A stretch of DNA of 64,000 nucleotides from Deltaproteobacteria bacterium (GCA_027028245.1 JALVJO010000136.1:1362-65361), one strand, 5' to 3'; positions 28,316-38,306 are shown, numbered from the stretch's first letter. Made by a program: numbers and translations. Notes: generated from the sequence alone by a model not told the origin.

Positions 28316-29825
28316 GATTGCTCTCCTGCAGCGCAATGATTTCTGAAACCCCCCTGAACGCAGCCAGACGCTCCACAATGGCTACAAGCAAGCCCATAGC
28401 CACCATGAAACGTACCATGCCATAAACAGGGAAAAATGCTGCTGTAATCAGGAAACCGCTCATTCCGTACATGGCAGCAAGCACTACGGCCCTGTCAGCC
28501 TTTGATGCCTCAGGATCCTGGAAGACCATCACGCCCTGTCTGTAAAAATGCCACAATATCCACACGAAGCCAATGAACCCCACAATTCCCCAGCGGAATA
28601 ATATCCAGAGGTAGAGGCTGTGTACATTCTCATATGTCTGCCGGAAATGAGCGTGCCTCATCTGGTAGTTCCACAGCGGGGCAATACCATGCCCGAACAC
28701 AGGAGCATCCTTTATAACCTCACCGGCATTGTGATATATCATAAACCTGTAAAGTGTGGATGACTCACCAAGGGTAGTGGAACTGACCCTTTGCTCAACA
28801 CCCTTGGGCACCACAGAAACCCTGGCAAACTCCATTACAAGAAGCAAGGCGGCAATGACGGAAATAATACCAAATATCTTCCTCAAAAACGCTTCTTTGG
28901 AGCCATGTCTGAAAACTAGCCAGCCCACAACTATAAAAGAGCAGAGCCAGACCGTTCTGCGAAAGGACAGTACAATAAGAAATAACAAAAGCAGCGACAT
29001 CAGAACTGCACAAACCTTCCAGAAGGTGGACATATTCAGTTTCAACAGGAAAGCTACTGCCACAGAGACTATAAAAAGCAGGAATGCCATGCTTGAGGCT
29101 GTGTCATAAAAAAGAGGAACCCCCTGTTGTAGTTGAAGGGAAGGATCATGGAAAAATCTGTATATTCCTACAAAGGCGGCAATGACAATAGAAAACGCCA
29201 TCACGCCTATAATATCGAAAACCCTGTCATGATCACGCATAAGCACATAAAAGAAAAAGGCGGTTATGAAAAGATAGAGGAATGTCTTTGTCTGGGCAAA
29301 ACCTATCAAATAGATGGCGGCCCCATGAAAGGCAAAACCCACTGTACTGACATCATAGTGCAATACGGGAAGTGAGAGAAACTGCCGAATAATGGAAACC
29401 GCTGCAGAAACCATGAGGACTGAAAGAAAAAAAGAGACGGGAATCACAAACTGATGGGGAAATTCCATTCTGCTGCGTCTGCTGGCAAATGAGACAAATA
29501 GCATGAGGAGAGCAAACAAAAAAAACAGATCATATGCGTACAGTCCGGGGATACCGATAGATTTTGCGTAAAAAGGCGTTCGTATCCATCTTTTGGTCGC
29601 TATGGAGGCCGCGGGATACTCCTCCACGAGAAAAATTATGCCTGCAAAGATATACATAAACCATGCAGGTCTGAACAACGCTAAAGTCATTATGAATAAG
29701 GCTGCAGATATTGTAATGACAGCCATACGCCAAGGCATCATGGCCACGGTATAACCAACCAGCCCACCGATAAGCAGTACTGCAATAAGCTGCCTGAAAC
29801 CGGTTTTTAAGCAGGTACTGCTCAT
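28305..29825 (-). CDS. wzy: O-antigen ligase/Wzy-family polymerase membrane protein
   Basis: About 12 TM helices with a large loop containing ...YENVHSLYLWILFRWGIVGF. The ATG at 29825 overlaps the TAA of the upstream gene (TAATG). Confidence 0.72.
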   Translation of the reverse strand: MSSTCLKTGFRQLIAVLLIGGLVGYTVAMMPWRMAVITISAALFIMTLALFRPAWFMYIFAGIIFLVEEYPAASIATKRWIRTPFYAKSIGIPGLYAYDLFFLFALLMLFVSFASRRSRMEFPHQFVIPVSFFLSVLMVSAAVSIIRQFLSLPVLHYDVSTVGFAFHGAAIYLIGFAQTKTFLYLFITAFFFYVLMRDHDRVFDIIGVMAFSIVIAAFVGIYRFFHDPSLQLQQGVPLFYDTASSMAFLLFIVSVAVAFLLKLNMSTFWKVCAVLMSLLLLFLIVLSFRRTVWLCSFIVVGWLVFRHGSKEAFLRKIFGIISVIAALLLVMEFARVSVVPKGVEQRVSSTTLGESSTLYRFMIYHNAGEVIKDAPVFGHGIAPLWNYQMRHAHFRQTYENVHSLYLWILFRWGIVGFIGFVWILWHFYRQGVMVFQDPEASKADRAVVLAAMYGMSGFLITAAFFPVYGMVRFMVAMGLLVAIVERLAAFRGVSEIIALQESNHAA

Positions 29826-31864
29826 TAAATATACCTGTAGACAGCCTTTGGAATAAACTGACGCCGCTTGTTTATAACAGCTCCAAGGAACCTGGAACAT
29901 ACCTTCTCTATCCTGACCACAGCATATTCCACAACCTCAGCCTTGGTAACCTCAGCCTCAACCACCAGTATTACACCATGTGCAACACCTGCAAAACTGG
30001 CAAAGTCCGGGTAAGCGGCAGCAGGCGCAGTATCAAAAATAACAACATCAAATTTCTTTTTAAGATCAGCCATCCTGCGGTCAAAATTTGCGACATGATA
30101 AACCCGTCCCGGTTTATTGACCCGACCGCCTGCCGGCATAAAATAAAGACCTGCCCGATCTGATTTCCGAACAACATTTTCAATATCAACTTGTTCCACA
30201 AGCATATCCCTGAGCCCAGGCATATTTTCCTGCCCATACCTGCGTGTAAGCTCTGACGTGCGCAGGTCAGCATCCACCAGCAACACCCGGCAGCCCACGT
30301 TATCAGCAAGATAACGCGCGAACAAATCTGCCACGGTGGAAGTTCCTTCACCATGGCGGGCAGAGGTAAACATTAACGCTGTTCCACCAGAATGTTTGAT
30401 CTGTGGTTTCAAGGCAAAATACAGCCCTTCACAGGATACAGACATATCAGCGCCCTCTTCCTGATGGGGGAATGATGCAAGAAAAGGGATGCCGCGATTT
30501 TCCAGGTCCTCAGGGAAAGATATGGTGCGCCTGAGATATTCATACATCATGGCAGCCCAGATTCCGCCAAAAAGTCCGAATACCACGGCAAGCAGAATAT
30601 TACGCATCCGCTTTGGTGTTACAGGGGCTGGCTTCACAGAGGGAGGCTCGGTTACCGTAACATTGGCAATCTTCGCATGATTCATTGCCTGAAGCATAAC
30701 GGATTCCTCATATTTACCCAACAGGAACTCATATCTTTTCCGCTTTAGATCGATTTCCTGATTCATCTTTCTGATAGTGTCAGCGGTTTTGGATACCAGC
30801 GTCAATCTCTCTTTCAACGACTCAAGCATATTCCTGGCTACTGCCCCGGACTTACTAATTTCACTGCTAAGCCTCTTTCTGAGCCTTGATATTTTCCTCT
30901 TAATATCCCTGTACGGTTTATACTCATCAGTGTACTGCGCACTCATGGAATCACGCAGTACCTCCATATCTATTAGTTTCATGGCCAGCGAGGAAAGAAC
31001 TGGATTCTCGGCAGCACGGGACAGTATATCCAGACTGTTCATTGTTTGTTTGTTCATTTTTTCAGTATTTATGTTGCCTGCAGTCTTTAGGGCCATTTCT
31101 ATGTTGGATATCCTGGATATGAGTTCCTTCTGTTCTATTTCAGGCGCTGTTATGTTCCATTTCTGCTTGTATGCTTCAAGGTCTCGTATCGCCCTTTGCC
31201 ATTCTTTCAATGCCTTATGCATCTCCTCATAGAACAGTTTGCTTTCATTATCATAACTGTAAGCCTCAAGATGGGCCTCCAGATACAGAGGCAGCAGTGT
31301 ATTCAGAAATTTTACTCCCTGCTCAGGATTCTTGCTGAAGAAATGAACAGTTATCATGCGTGAATCATTTTCAGGAACTATTTCAAGATTTTTCCTGAGT
31401 TTTAAGATCACCTTCTCCTTCCTGTCCAATGGATAAAGGAGCCCTGTTGTTTCAAGAAGCCAACGCCCAAGACGTATTGAGGAATGAATAAATTTTTCAG
31501 ACAATGTTTCAGGCTCTGAAAGAAAGTACTCAATACCAAGCCTCTCAACGGCCTGCTTTATCAGCTTCTCGCTTGATAGTAGATTTACCTCGTTGTTGAG
31601 TTGGGTCATGACAGGGTCTGCCACAACCATCTCTGATCTGATTACCGATGCAGGAAGATTCAGTGTCTCTCTCCCCATCCTTACAAATATTCCCGCATCC
31701 GTCTCATAGACAGGGCTGAACAGGTAACTCATGGCCAGCGCAACCAGCACCGAACCTGCGAGAAAGAAAAGAATAAGCACCTTGCGCTTAAAAAGGATAT
31801 GAAATATTTTCTTCAGACTGATTGCCTCGGAGTATGAACTCAGGCCCCTGATTTTTTTTGCCAT
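29825..31864 (-). CDS. Polysaccharide co-polymerase (Wzz domain) fused to BY-kinase-like P-loop ATPase (Wzc/GumC-like)
   Basis: N-terminal TM plus a long coiled-coil periplasmic region and a second TM. The C-terminal part has SARHGEGTSTV (Walker A-like), LLVDADLR and VVIFDTAP. Confidence 0.85.
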   Translation of the reverse strand: MAKKIRGLSSYSEAISLKKIFHILFKRKVLILFFLAGSVLVALAMSYLFSPVYETDAGIFVRMGRETLNLPASVIRSEMVVADPVMTQLNNEVNLLSSEKLIKQAVERLGIEYFLSEPETLSEKFIHSSIRLGRWLLETTGLLYPLDRKEKVILKLRKNLEIVPENDSRMITVHFFSKNPEQGVKFLNTLLPLYLEAHLEAYSYDNESKLFYEEMHKALKEWQRAIRDLEAYKQKWNITAPEIEQKELISRISNIEMALKTAGNINTEKMNKQTMNSLDILSRAAENPVLSSLAMKLIDMEVLRDSMSAQYTDEYKPYRDIKRKISRLRKRLSSEISKSGAVARNMLESLKERLTLVSKTADTIRKMNQEIDLKRKRYEFLLGKYEESVMLQAMNHAKIANVTVTEPPSVKPAPVTPKRMRNILLAVVFGLFGGIWAAMMYEYLRRTISFPEDLENRGIPFLASFPHQEEGADMSVSCEGLYFALKPQIKHSGGTALMFTSARHGEGTSTVADLFARYLADNVGCRVLLVDADLRTSELTRRYGQENMPGLRDMLVEQVDIENVVRKSDRAGLYFMPAGGRVNKPGRVYHVANFDRRMADLKKKFDVVIFDTAPAAAYPDFASFAGVAHGVILVVEAEVTKAEVVEYAVVRIEKVCSRFLGAVINKRRQFIPKAVYRYI

Positions 31865-31873
31865 ACCATCACC

Positions 31874-32878
31874 TTAGAAATTCACTTTCTGTAACTCTTT
31901 AGTGTAATAAAAACCCATAGTTGTAGAGAGGTGCAGAAGATCAAACAGGTAATCATCAAGAAACTGACGCAGGCTGGCTATATTGGTTTTGGGCACAAAT
32001 ATTATATCATAAGGATGTACTTCCACGTCCTGCATGAAATCATTGCTGAGAAGAGCGTCAGTAATATTTAGGACTCTTACCTGTGGAATATCATCAGAAA
32101 TACGCCTTATAAGCACCACCTGTTCCAGGTTCCCACCGGGTTTTACATCTCCGGCCTTTACGATTGCCTGAAGAACTGAAAGTCTGGATTCAATATTGTA
32201 AATGCCGGGTTTATTAACCTCTCCGGCTATGTAAAATCTATTATTTGCGCAATGGGTGAGCGTTGCCTGGACATCCAGCCTGTCAAAATAGATCCTGGAA
32301 AGATATTTTTCGACTTCATGGGATAGCTGCTCAAGGGTCTCTCCGCTTGCCTTTACCCTGCCAATCTTGGGAAGCTGTATTGATCCGTTGTTCTGAACAA
32401 CATACTCCCCTTCTAAGTCCTTGAATCTCTGCGAGTTGAGAAGGTAAAGATTCACCGTTACCTTTGGTGATTGAAGGATGCTGGAATAGCACTTTGCAAT
32501 ATCTGCGGCAAGCTGCTCATTGGTCATTCCTCTTGCCTTAATATCCCCGCAATAAGGTATTGTGATAAAACCATCCGGTCTGACAGTGCGAGTCACATTG
32601 AATTCCCAGTGATTGAAAAAATTAATCTCCAGGATATCTCCTACTTCAAGCTGGTAAACATCTTTGCAGACCTCGTCTACAGGCACAACCTCATTGGACA
32701 GTGACAGTCTCACCTTATCCCCCTCACCCAGAAGATAGTTGTCGGGAACAGCAAGAAACGCCTGCCTCTCTTGTACGGTTTCACTGCCCAGATGGGGCAA
32801 CTTAGCCACCTGGGCAGGAACACACCCAGCAACCAGCGAAACCAGTAATAAAACAAAAATTACTCGTCCATCTCTCAT
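31874..32878 (-). CDS. wza: Polysaccharide export outer-membrane protein (Wza family)
   Basis: Lipoprotein-type signal (LVAGC). PDNYLLGEGDKVRLSL Poly_export motif. SLBB-like repeats. Confidence 0.85.
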   Translation of the reverse strand: MRDGRVIFVLLLVSLVAGCVPAQVAKLPHLGSETVQERQAFLAVPDNYLLGEGDKVRLSLSNEVVPVDEVCKDVYQLEVGDILEINFFNHWEFNVTRTVRPDGFITIPYCGDIKARGMTNEQLAADIAKCYSSILQSPKVTVNLYLLNSQRFKDLEGEYVVQNNGSIQLPKIGRVKASGETLEQLSHEVEKYLSRIYFDRLDVQATLTHCANNRFYIAGEVNKPGIYNIESRLSVLQAIVKAGDVKPGGNLEQVVLIRRISDDIPQVRVLNITDALLSNDFMQDVEVHPYDIIFVPKTNIASLRQFLDDYLFDLLHLSTTMGFYYTKELQKVNF

Positions 32879-33402
32879 CGCTCTGCTCCATTTTTAAAAA
32901 TATGGAAATTCATTCTTGGAACCTCGCCAGTGAGTTCATACAGAAACAGCACAACTCCCTTGGACATTAAAATAATATTGCGCTCCGGATATCCACACAG
33001 ATCGGCGAGCCTTGTGATATGTTCTGTAAGCACATCACGCACACTTACGCCGTCTGCACGCTGAAAGACTTTGTATCTGCCATCAGGCCTTTTATCCATG
33101 ATCTTTACATTGTATTCCCTGTATTTTCTGTTAAGGAAGCCGGGGTCCCTCACGCCGCGGTGTTCTATAAATACGGAATACAGAGGTTTCGGATGGGAAA
33201 TTCTCCCCTGATGAGTTCTGGTCCATGACACATCAATGTATTCCGCCCTTTGCCTGAAAATCACTTGAATTGACTCGTCAAAAGGCACGCTTACAACCCT
33301 GTACTGCAAACTGGCGGCTGCAGAGGCTGTGACGTAGCCCTCTATCAGTACCTGGATAATCATAAGCAGTAACAGAGTCACGCGTGGAATTTTCAATGTC
33401 AT
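32875..33402 (-). CDS. Hypothetical protein (signal/TM anchor), EPS-locus specific
   Basis: 175 aa from MTLKIPRVTLLLLMIIQ. Both ends are translationally coupled by ATGA overlaps (33402/33399 and 32878/32875). I recognise no family. Confidence 0.6.
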   Translation of the reverse strand: MTLKIPRVTLLLLMIIQVLIEGYVTASAAASLQYRVVSVPFDESIQVIFRQRAEYIDVSWTRTHQGRISHPKPLYSVFIEHRGVRDPGFLNRKYREYNVKIMDKRPDGRYKVFQRADGVSVRDVLTEHITRLADLCGYPERNIILMSKGVVLFLYELTGEVPRMNFHIFKNGAER

Positions 33403-34541
33403 AATTTCCTGCAGTTCAACCCTGATTTGTTCAGGCAGCATCTCAAAAATTCTTCATACTGTGACAGTACTATTGCCCATGTAAAATTTTTTCGAAACCT
33501 GTCAATACATGCCTGTTTCATGGCGCTTTCATTCAAGCTGTCAGAAAAAAGCAATGTTATTTTCTCCTCAAGATCATGGAGTGTACTGAAAAAAAGTGCA
33601 CCATCATTACCTGTAACCCACCTGTTAAACCTGTTGTCATTGGCAATGATAAAATTTGATGCTCCCATGGCTTCCACCAGTGAAGGATTTGTTCCCCCAA
33701 CGGTATGCCCATGGAGATAGCACCTGCAATGATATCTAAGCGCATCAAGAACAGGCTTTTCATAAACTGGACCGGGGAACAGCACTTCGTCCCCTGCATG
33801 TTCCAACACTGCCTCGGTATAGGGTGTCCTGTTATCCGAATAATCACCCAAAACCACGAGAGGTGCTCCTCGCTGCCGGGCACTGTAGGCCCTCACAATT
33901 TCGAGTATGGAATTTTCCGGCTCTGGCCTGGCTATGACCAGGCAGTACCTGCCTGGCTCCAATCCGAAACGGGCCAGAGGAGATGCATCAACATCACGCA
34001 GAAAATCAGCTCCATAGAACAGTTCAGCAATATCACTGCCGCTGTTTATGCCTGAAAGTCTTGCAGATATCTCAGGATGATCGGCAATAAGCACATTACC
34101 TGCCTTGACTGCAAGGCGCTCATTAAACTTGAACCATAGCCGCAAAAGCCCGTTCCACTTGGCTCTCTTCCATTCGATTCCATCCATGTGAATGACATTA
34201 AATCTGCGAAGCATGCGCACAAACACATTAAAAATTGCTGTATTGTAACCCAGCGTGAGAATAATCCCCCTGCGCCTTGCAGCATCCAGCAATGACAGCA
34301 TGTCAAACAGGATAGAACCATAAGGATTTTTTAAAACAGAAGGAATATGAACCAGCCGCACCCCTCTCCAAGTATCTTCCCACATGGCCCCCCTGCCGGA
34401 TTCCTGACAATACACGGTTACATCCCATCCCCTGTTTGCAAGGTAGGGGGCAAGATTTTGAACAAGGGTCTCGAACCCGCCATGTCTGGCTGGAATACCG
34501 CGGGAGCCGGTTATTAAAATAGAGGATCCATCCCTATTCAT
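33399..34541 (-). CDS. Glycosyltransferase (DUF1972 N-terminus plus GT4 C-terminus)
   Basis: MNRDGSSILITGSRGIPARHGGFETLVQNLAPYL is the DUF1972 signature. Start chosen at 34541, which is downstream of the upstream gene stop. The longest ORF reaches 34775. Confidence 0.85.
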   Translation of the reverse strand: MNRDGSSILITGSRGIPARHGGFETLVQNLAPYLANRGWDVTVYCQESGRGAMWEDTWRGVRLVHIPSVLKNPYGSILFDMLSLLDAARRRGIILTLGYNTAIFNVFVRMLRRFNVIHMDGIEWKRAKWNGLLRLWFKFNERLAVKAGNVLIADHPEISARLSGINSGSDIAELFYGADFLRDVDASPLARFGLEPGRYCLVIARPEPENSILEIVRAYSARQRGAPLVVLGDYSDNRTPYTEAVLEHAGDEVLFPGPVYEKPVLDALRYHCRCYLHGHTVGGTNPSLVEAMGASNFIIANDNRFNRWVTGNDGALFFSTLHDLEEKITLLFSDSLNESAMKQACIDRFRKNFTWAIVLSQYEEFLRCCLNKSGLNCRKL

Positions 34542-34585
34542 TTGCAGCCTTATATTTTTCCAAGGACATACAACAGCATCGGCTA

Positions 34586-35998
34586 TTATCGACCGGTAAG
34601 TTTGAATATTACCGGTATTGTCTTGATGATCAGTTTGACATCGAGAAAATATGACCAGTTGTCTATATACATCAGGTCCAGCTTCATCCATGTGTTGAAA
34701 TCTACCCTGTTGCGGGCATAGACTTGCCATAAACAGGTCAAACCCGGTTTCATAGCCAGCCTTCTCCTTTGCCATGGCTTGTATAGATCAACTTCTTCAG
34801 GCAGGGGGGGACGGGGTCCAACAAGGCTCATCTCACCCTTCAATACATTAAATAGCTGGGGCAGTTCATCTAAGCTCGTCTTCCTGAGAAATTTACCAAA
34901 CTTAGTAATTCTCGGATCACTTTCGATTTTAAAGGCAGGCCCGTCTTCCTCGTTAAGAAATTGAAGGTCTTCCTTCGCAGCTTCTGCGTTTTGAACCATG
35001 GTCCTGAATTTATAAATGGTAAACTTTCTTCCATTAAGTCCCAGCCTGGTTTGTTTGAAGAATACCGGACCTGGGGAAGTTATTTTTATTAAAAAGGCAA
35101 TGGTTGCCATTAAGGGTGAAAGGAGTAACAGGAGGCAGAGTGAGCCTGCAATGTCAGTAGCCTCTTTCAGCATAAGCTGGACGGCCTTTTGTGGAGTGGA
35201 CGACAAGGAAAGACTGGGAATGTCGGTGGTGGTATCGAGGATCATGACTGCATTTCTGGGATGATATGCCATTTCGAAAAGCTGCCAGTTGGGTAGCACC
35301 CTGACATTAATGCCCAGGTCGTCTGCAAACGAAAGGTAATCCAGTGAATTATCTATAAGTGAAAGTGGCATGGCAAATATAATTTCATCTATCACATTAT
35401 TTAATAATAATTCATGATAATCATCCATTGTTCCTATAACTTTGACATCACCATAAACTGTCGCGCCGATTCGTTCTTTATCCACTTCAAGACATCCCAT
35501 GATTTTATAGTCGGCAAATTTATTTGCCGATAGAATCTCAATGACTTCCCTTGCCCTGGTAAGACTTCCAACAATAAGAATGTTCCTGTAATTATTCCTG
35601 CGGTCCCTTATGAATAAGACTGCATAGTAGATACTGAGCCGGTAAATGAGCAAGAGTGAAGTTGATGAAAAAATGAATAATAAAGCCTGCACTCTCGATA
35701 GAAGGCATAGGTCCAATAAAAAAGCAAGAGATAAATAGATGAGAGCGGATAAAAGACAGGCACTAAAAATGGCACTAAATAATCCAAGTCTAGTCCATCG
35801 TGAATAAGATGCATATAATCCCATCTTATAAAATACTGCAATATAAATGGATGCTAGAAGGACAAAATCAGAAAAGTGAATTGTGGGACAAGCTAATTCC
35901 AGGCGTAGAATTTCCGGGCAGTAAAATGTTCCCTTTGATATCATGACAGCTATCAAAAGGATCAGCAGGTCTCCTATGGGTACCAGAATTCTTTCCAT
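34586..35998 (-). CDS. Polyprenyl-phosphate glycosyl-1-phosphate transferase (WbaP/WcaJ/EpsB-like priming enzyme)
   Basis: Five N-terminal TM helices, and a C-terminal bacterial sugar transferase domain with DELPQLFNVLKGEMSLVGPRPP. Confidence 0.9.
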   Translation of the reverse strand: MERILVPIGDLLILLIAVMISKGTFYCPEILRLELACPTIHFSDFVLLASIYIAVFYKMGLYASYSRWTRLGLFSAIFSACLLSALIYLSLAFLLDLCLLSRVQALLFIFSSTSLLLIYRLSIYYAVLFIRDRRNNYRNILIVGSLTRAREVIEILSANKFADYKIMGCLEVDKERIGATVYGDVKVIGTMDDYHELLLNNVIDEIIFAMPLSLIDNSLDYLSFADDLGINVRVLPNWQLFEMAYHPRNAVMILDTTTDIPSLSLSSTPQKAVQLMLKEATDIAGSLCLLLLLSPLMATIAFLIKITSPGPVFFKQTRLGLNGRKFTIYKFRTMVQNAEAAKEDLQFLNEEDGPAFKIESDPRITKFGKFLRKTSLDELPQLFNVLKGEMSLVGPRPPLPEEVDLYKPWQRRRLAMKPGLTCLWQVYARNRVDFNTWMKLDLMYIDNWSYFLDVKLIIKTIPVIFKLTGR

Positions 35999-36441
35999 AT
36001 TCTCATATCGTCGTCATCATGCTGGTTGAGTGAAAAGAATAACAGCATTGCATTAAAAGATGTAACAGGTTACAAGGCATCCTATTTTGCTCCAATTTGT
36101 TTTTGAATTCGAGTCGACATTGCTTATGAGACTCTATATCATCATCAGCCCTTTTTGACAGCTCATCATGCAATTTGAATATCCCGTATTATCAGATTGT
36201 CCGAGTTTTTTTAGTTTTTAATGAAAATTATATAAGTCTTTTCGAATTTTTATCTTAAAAACTCAACTTTCAGAGTTGGTGTTTGAGAAAATTTAAGGGA
36301 TGATCCCGGATAATATATTGAGACCTCTTAAAAAGGGTTCATAATTTGTCGCTGTACGAATTTCCACCCGGCCTGTTTCCATTGGCTTTTTTTCGAGCAT
36401 TCCTTGACACTCCTGCTGCCTTCGTGTCATATTCGCTGAAC

Positions 36442-36665
36442 TGTGAGCATTCCCAGTTTGACCCTGGACGAAGAAGGGCAAGGAAGGTGCATTTCTTTCA
36501 AGGTTCACCAAGCCGCTGTGCAGATTTCAAATTCTTCTCGAATACAGACATCGCCAATCTCATCGACCTGGCTGCGGCTGAAGTTGGCTTCCTTGTGGTG
36601 AAACCTTTCAAGAAATACCTCTTCCTTGCCAGTGGTACAAATGTGGGACAAACTGGGCATACTCC
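36442..36665 (+). repeat. Copy B of the ~224-nt palindromic intergenic element
   Basis: Aligns along its full length with copies A and C. Flanked by the perfect 8-nt direct repeat CGCTGAAC (36434-36441 and 36666-36673). Confidence 0.8.
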
Positions 36666-36788
36666 CGCTGAACTTTTCAGGGGCAATGAAGTCTGCCTGA
36701 ACCACTGTACCAGCAGTTGATGACTTCTGTTTGATTAAAACGCTGTATCAGCGGCGTCTTGGGCAAGCAGAATAAGGTTTGTGTGGAT

Positions 36789-36817
36789 CCTGCCTGAGTT
36801 ATCAGGCAGGTTTTTTT
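36789..36817 (+). terminator. Strong intrinsic terminator 13 nt upstream of the antiporter ATG
   Basis: CCTGCCTGA (36789-36797) pairs with TCAGGCAGG (36802-36810) around a 4-nt loop, followed by TTTTTTT (36811-36817). Then come the RBS GGAGGG and the ATG at 36831. Confidence 0.7.
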
Positions 36818-36830
36818 GTTTGGAGGGCAA

Positions 36831-38306
36831 ATGGATCTCAGTATTGCTCTAATCATATTATTGGGACTTGGAGCAGATTACCTCTTCAAGAGGATCAAGC
36901 TGCCAGGCCTCATAGGCATGCTGATTATCGGCGTTTTGGCCGGTCCCTACGTATTGAACCTCATGTCTCCGGATATGATGAAGGTTTCCGGGGACTTCAG
37001 GAAGATTGCCCTGATCGTTATCCTTTTGAGGGCCGGCTTTGAGCTCAGAAGGGATACCTTGAACCGGGTGGGCCGCACTGCACTTCTACTGAGCGCGGTA
37101 CCTGCAGTCTTTGAGATAGCAGCAGTTACCTGGTTTGCTCCCAGGCTGCTTGGTATCAGCTACATAGAGGCTGCTATCCTCGGTTCCATCCTCGGCGCTG
37201 TCTCTCCGGCCGTGGTGGTGCCTCTCATGATCGACTTCATGGACCGGGGCAGAGGGGCAAAGAAGGGGATTCCAACCCTGATACTTGCTGCGTCTTCGGT
37301 AGATGATGTTTTTGTAATAGTACTGTTCACCATCTTTCTAGGCATGTACGGTGGCGGCCAGGTAAATATCTGGGCGAAGCTTGCCGAGATCCCGGTATCC
37401 ATAACCTTAGGCATTCTCATAGGCCTGATCCCGGGCTATTTTCTTTACAGGCTTTTTGAAAAGTACGACTGGCGCCCTCCGAAGAGAACGCTCATTGTCC
37501 TGGGAGTCTCCATAGTCCTTACCTGGATCGAAAAAAAATGCGAAGGCCATGTGCCCATAGCCAGCCTGCTGGGGGTTATGGCCATTGGTTTTATCATCCT
37601 GGAGAAATCAGAGCCCATCGCCCATATAATGTCCCAGAAGCTCAAGAAGCTATGGGTCTTTGCAGAACTTCTGCTCTTCGTGCTGGTAGGAGCCCAGGTA
37701 AACATCCACGTTGCCCTGGATGCAGGGTTCATGGGAAGCCTGGTGATCCTCATAGGCTTGGTGTTCAGAAGCATCGGCACTTATCTCTGCCTTATGGGCA
37801 CTCCACTGACCCAGAAGGAAAGGCTGTTTACCATTGTTTCCTATATTCCCAAGGCCACTGTTCAGGCTGCCATAGGTGCCGTGCCTTTGGCATATGGAGT
37901 TGCCTCGGGGGATGTCATCCTCGCCGTGGCTGTTCTGTCCATTCTGCTTACTGCCCCCATAGGCGCCGTGGGTATCATGTTTCTGGGAGAAAGAATCCTG
38001 GATTATGGCGCCAAGTCTCCTTACAAGTTCAAGGAACTCAGGCGCAAGCTGGAACTTCCCAGGGTAGGTGAGCGCATACGGTGCAGGAAGGATGGTTCTT
38101 TGTGGAAGGTGATTGAAGAAAGGGAAATATGGCTGGAAGAGCAAAATGGAAAAAAAGGATTGGAACATCCTGTGCCCGCAATAGAACTAAGGCTGTGGCG
38201 TGAAGAAAAAGATATCGAACCCGGCAGGGGTCAGACCACGTACAGAATTTACAAGCAGGGAGATCCCCCTTTTACCGCAGAATGGGAGATCATTTACGAC
38301 TGGTAG
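36831..38306 (+). CDS. Cation:proton antiporter (Na+/H+ exchanger family, NhaP/CPA1-like) with C-terminal soluble extension
   Basis: MDLSIALIILLGLGADYLFKRIKLPGLIGMLIIGVLAGP... is a typical N-terminus. About 12 TM helices plus a ~90-aa hydrophilic tail. ATG at 36831 chosen because it follows GGAGGG; the track ORF starts at a TTG at 36816. Confidence 0.85.
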   Translation: MDLSIALIILLGLGADYLFKRIKLPGLIGMLIIGVLAGPYVLNLMSPDMMKVSGDFRKIALIVILLRAGFELRRDTLNRVGRTALLLSAVPAVFEIAAVTWFAPRLLGISYIEAAILGSILGAVSPAVVVPLMIDFMDRGRGAKKGIPTLILAASSVDDVFVIVLFTIFLGMYGGGQVNIWAKLAEIPVSITLGILIGLIPGYFLYRLFEKYDWRPPKRTLIVLGVSIVLTWIEKKCEGHVPIASLLGVMAIGFIILEKSEPIAHIMSQKLKKLWVFAELLLFVLVGAQVNIHVALDAGFMGSLVILIGLVFRSIGTYLCLMGTPLTQKERLFTIVSYIPKATVQAAIGAVPLAYGVASGDVILAVAVLSILLTAPIGAVGIMFLGERILDYGAKSPYKFKELRRKLELPRVGERIRCRKDGSLWKVIEEREIWLEEQNGKKGLEHPVPAIELRLWREEKDIEPGRGQTTYRIYKQGDPPFTAEWEIIYDW

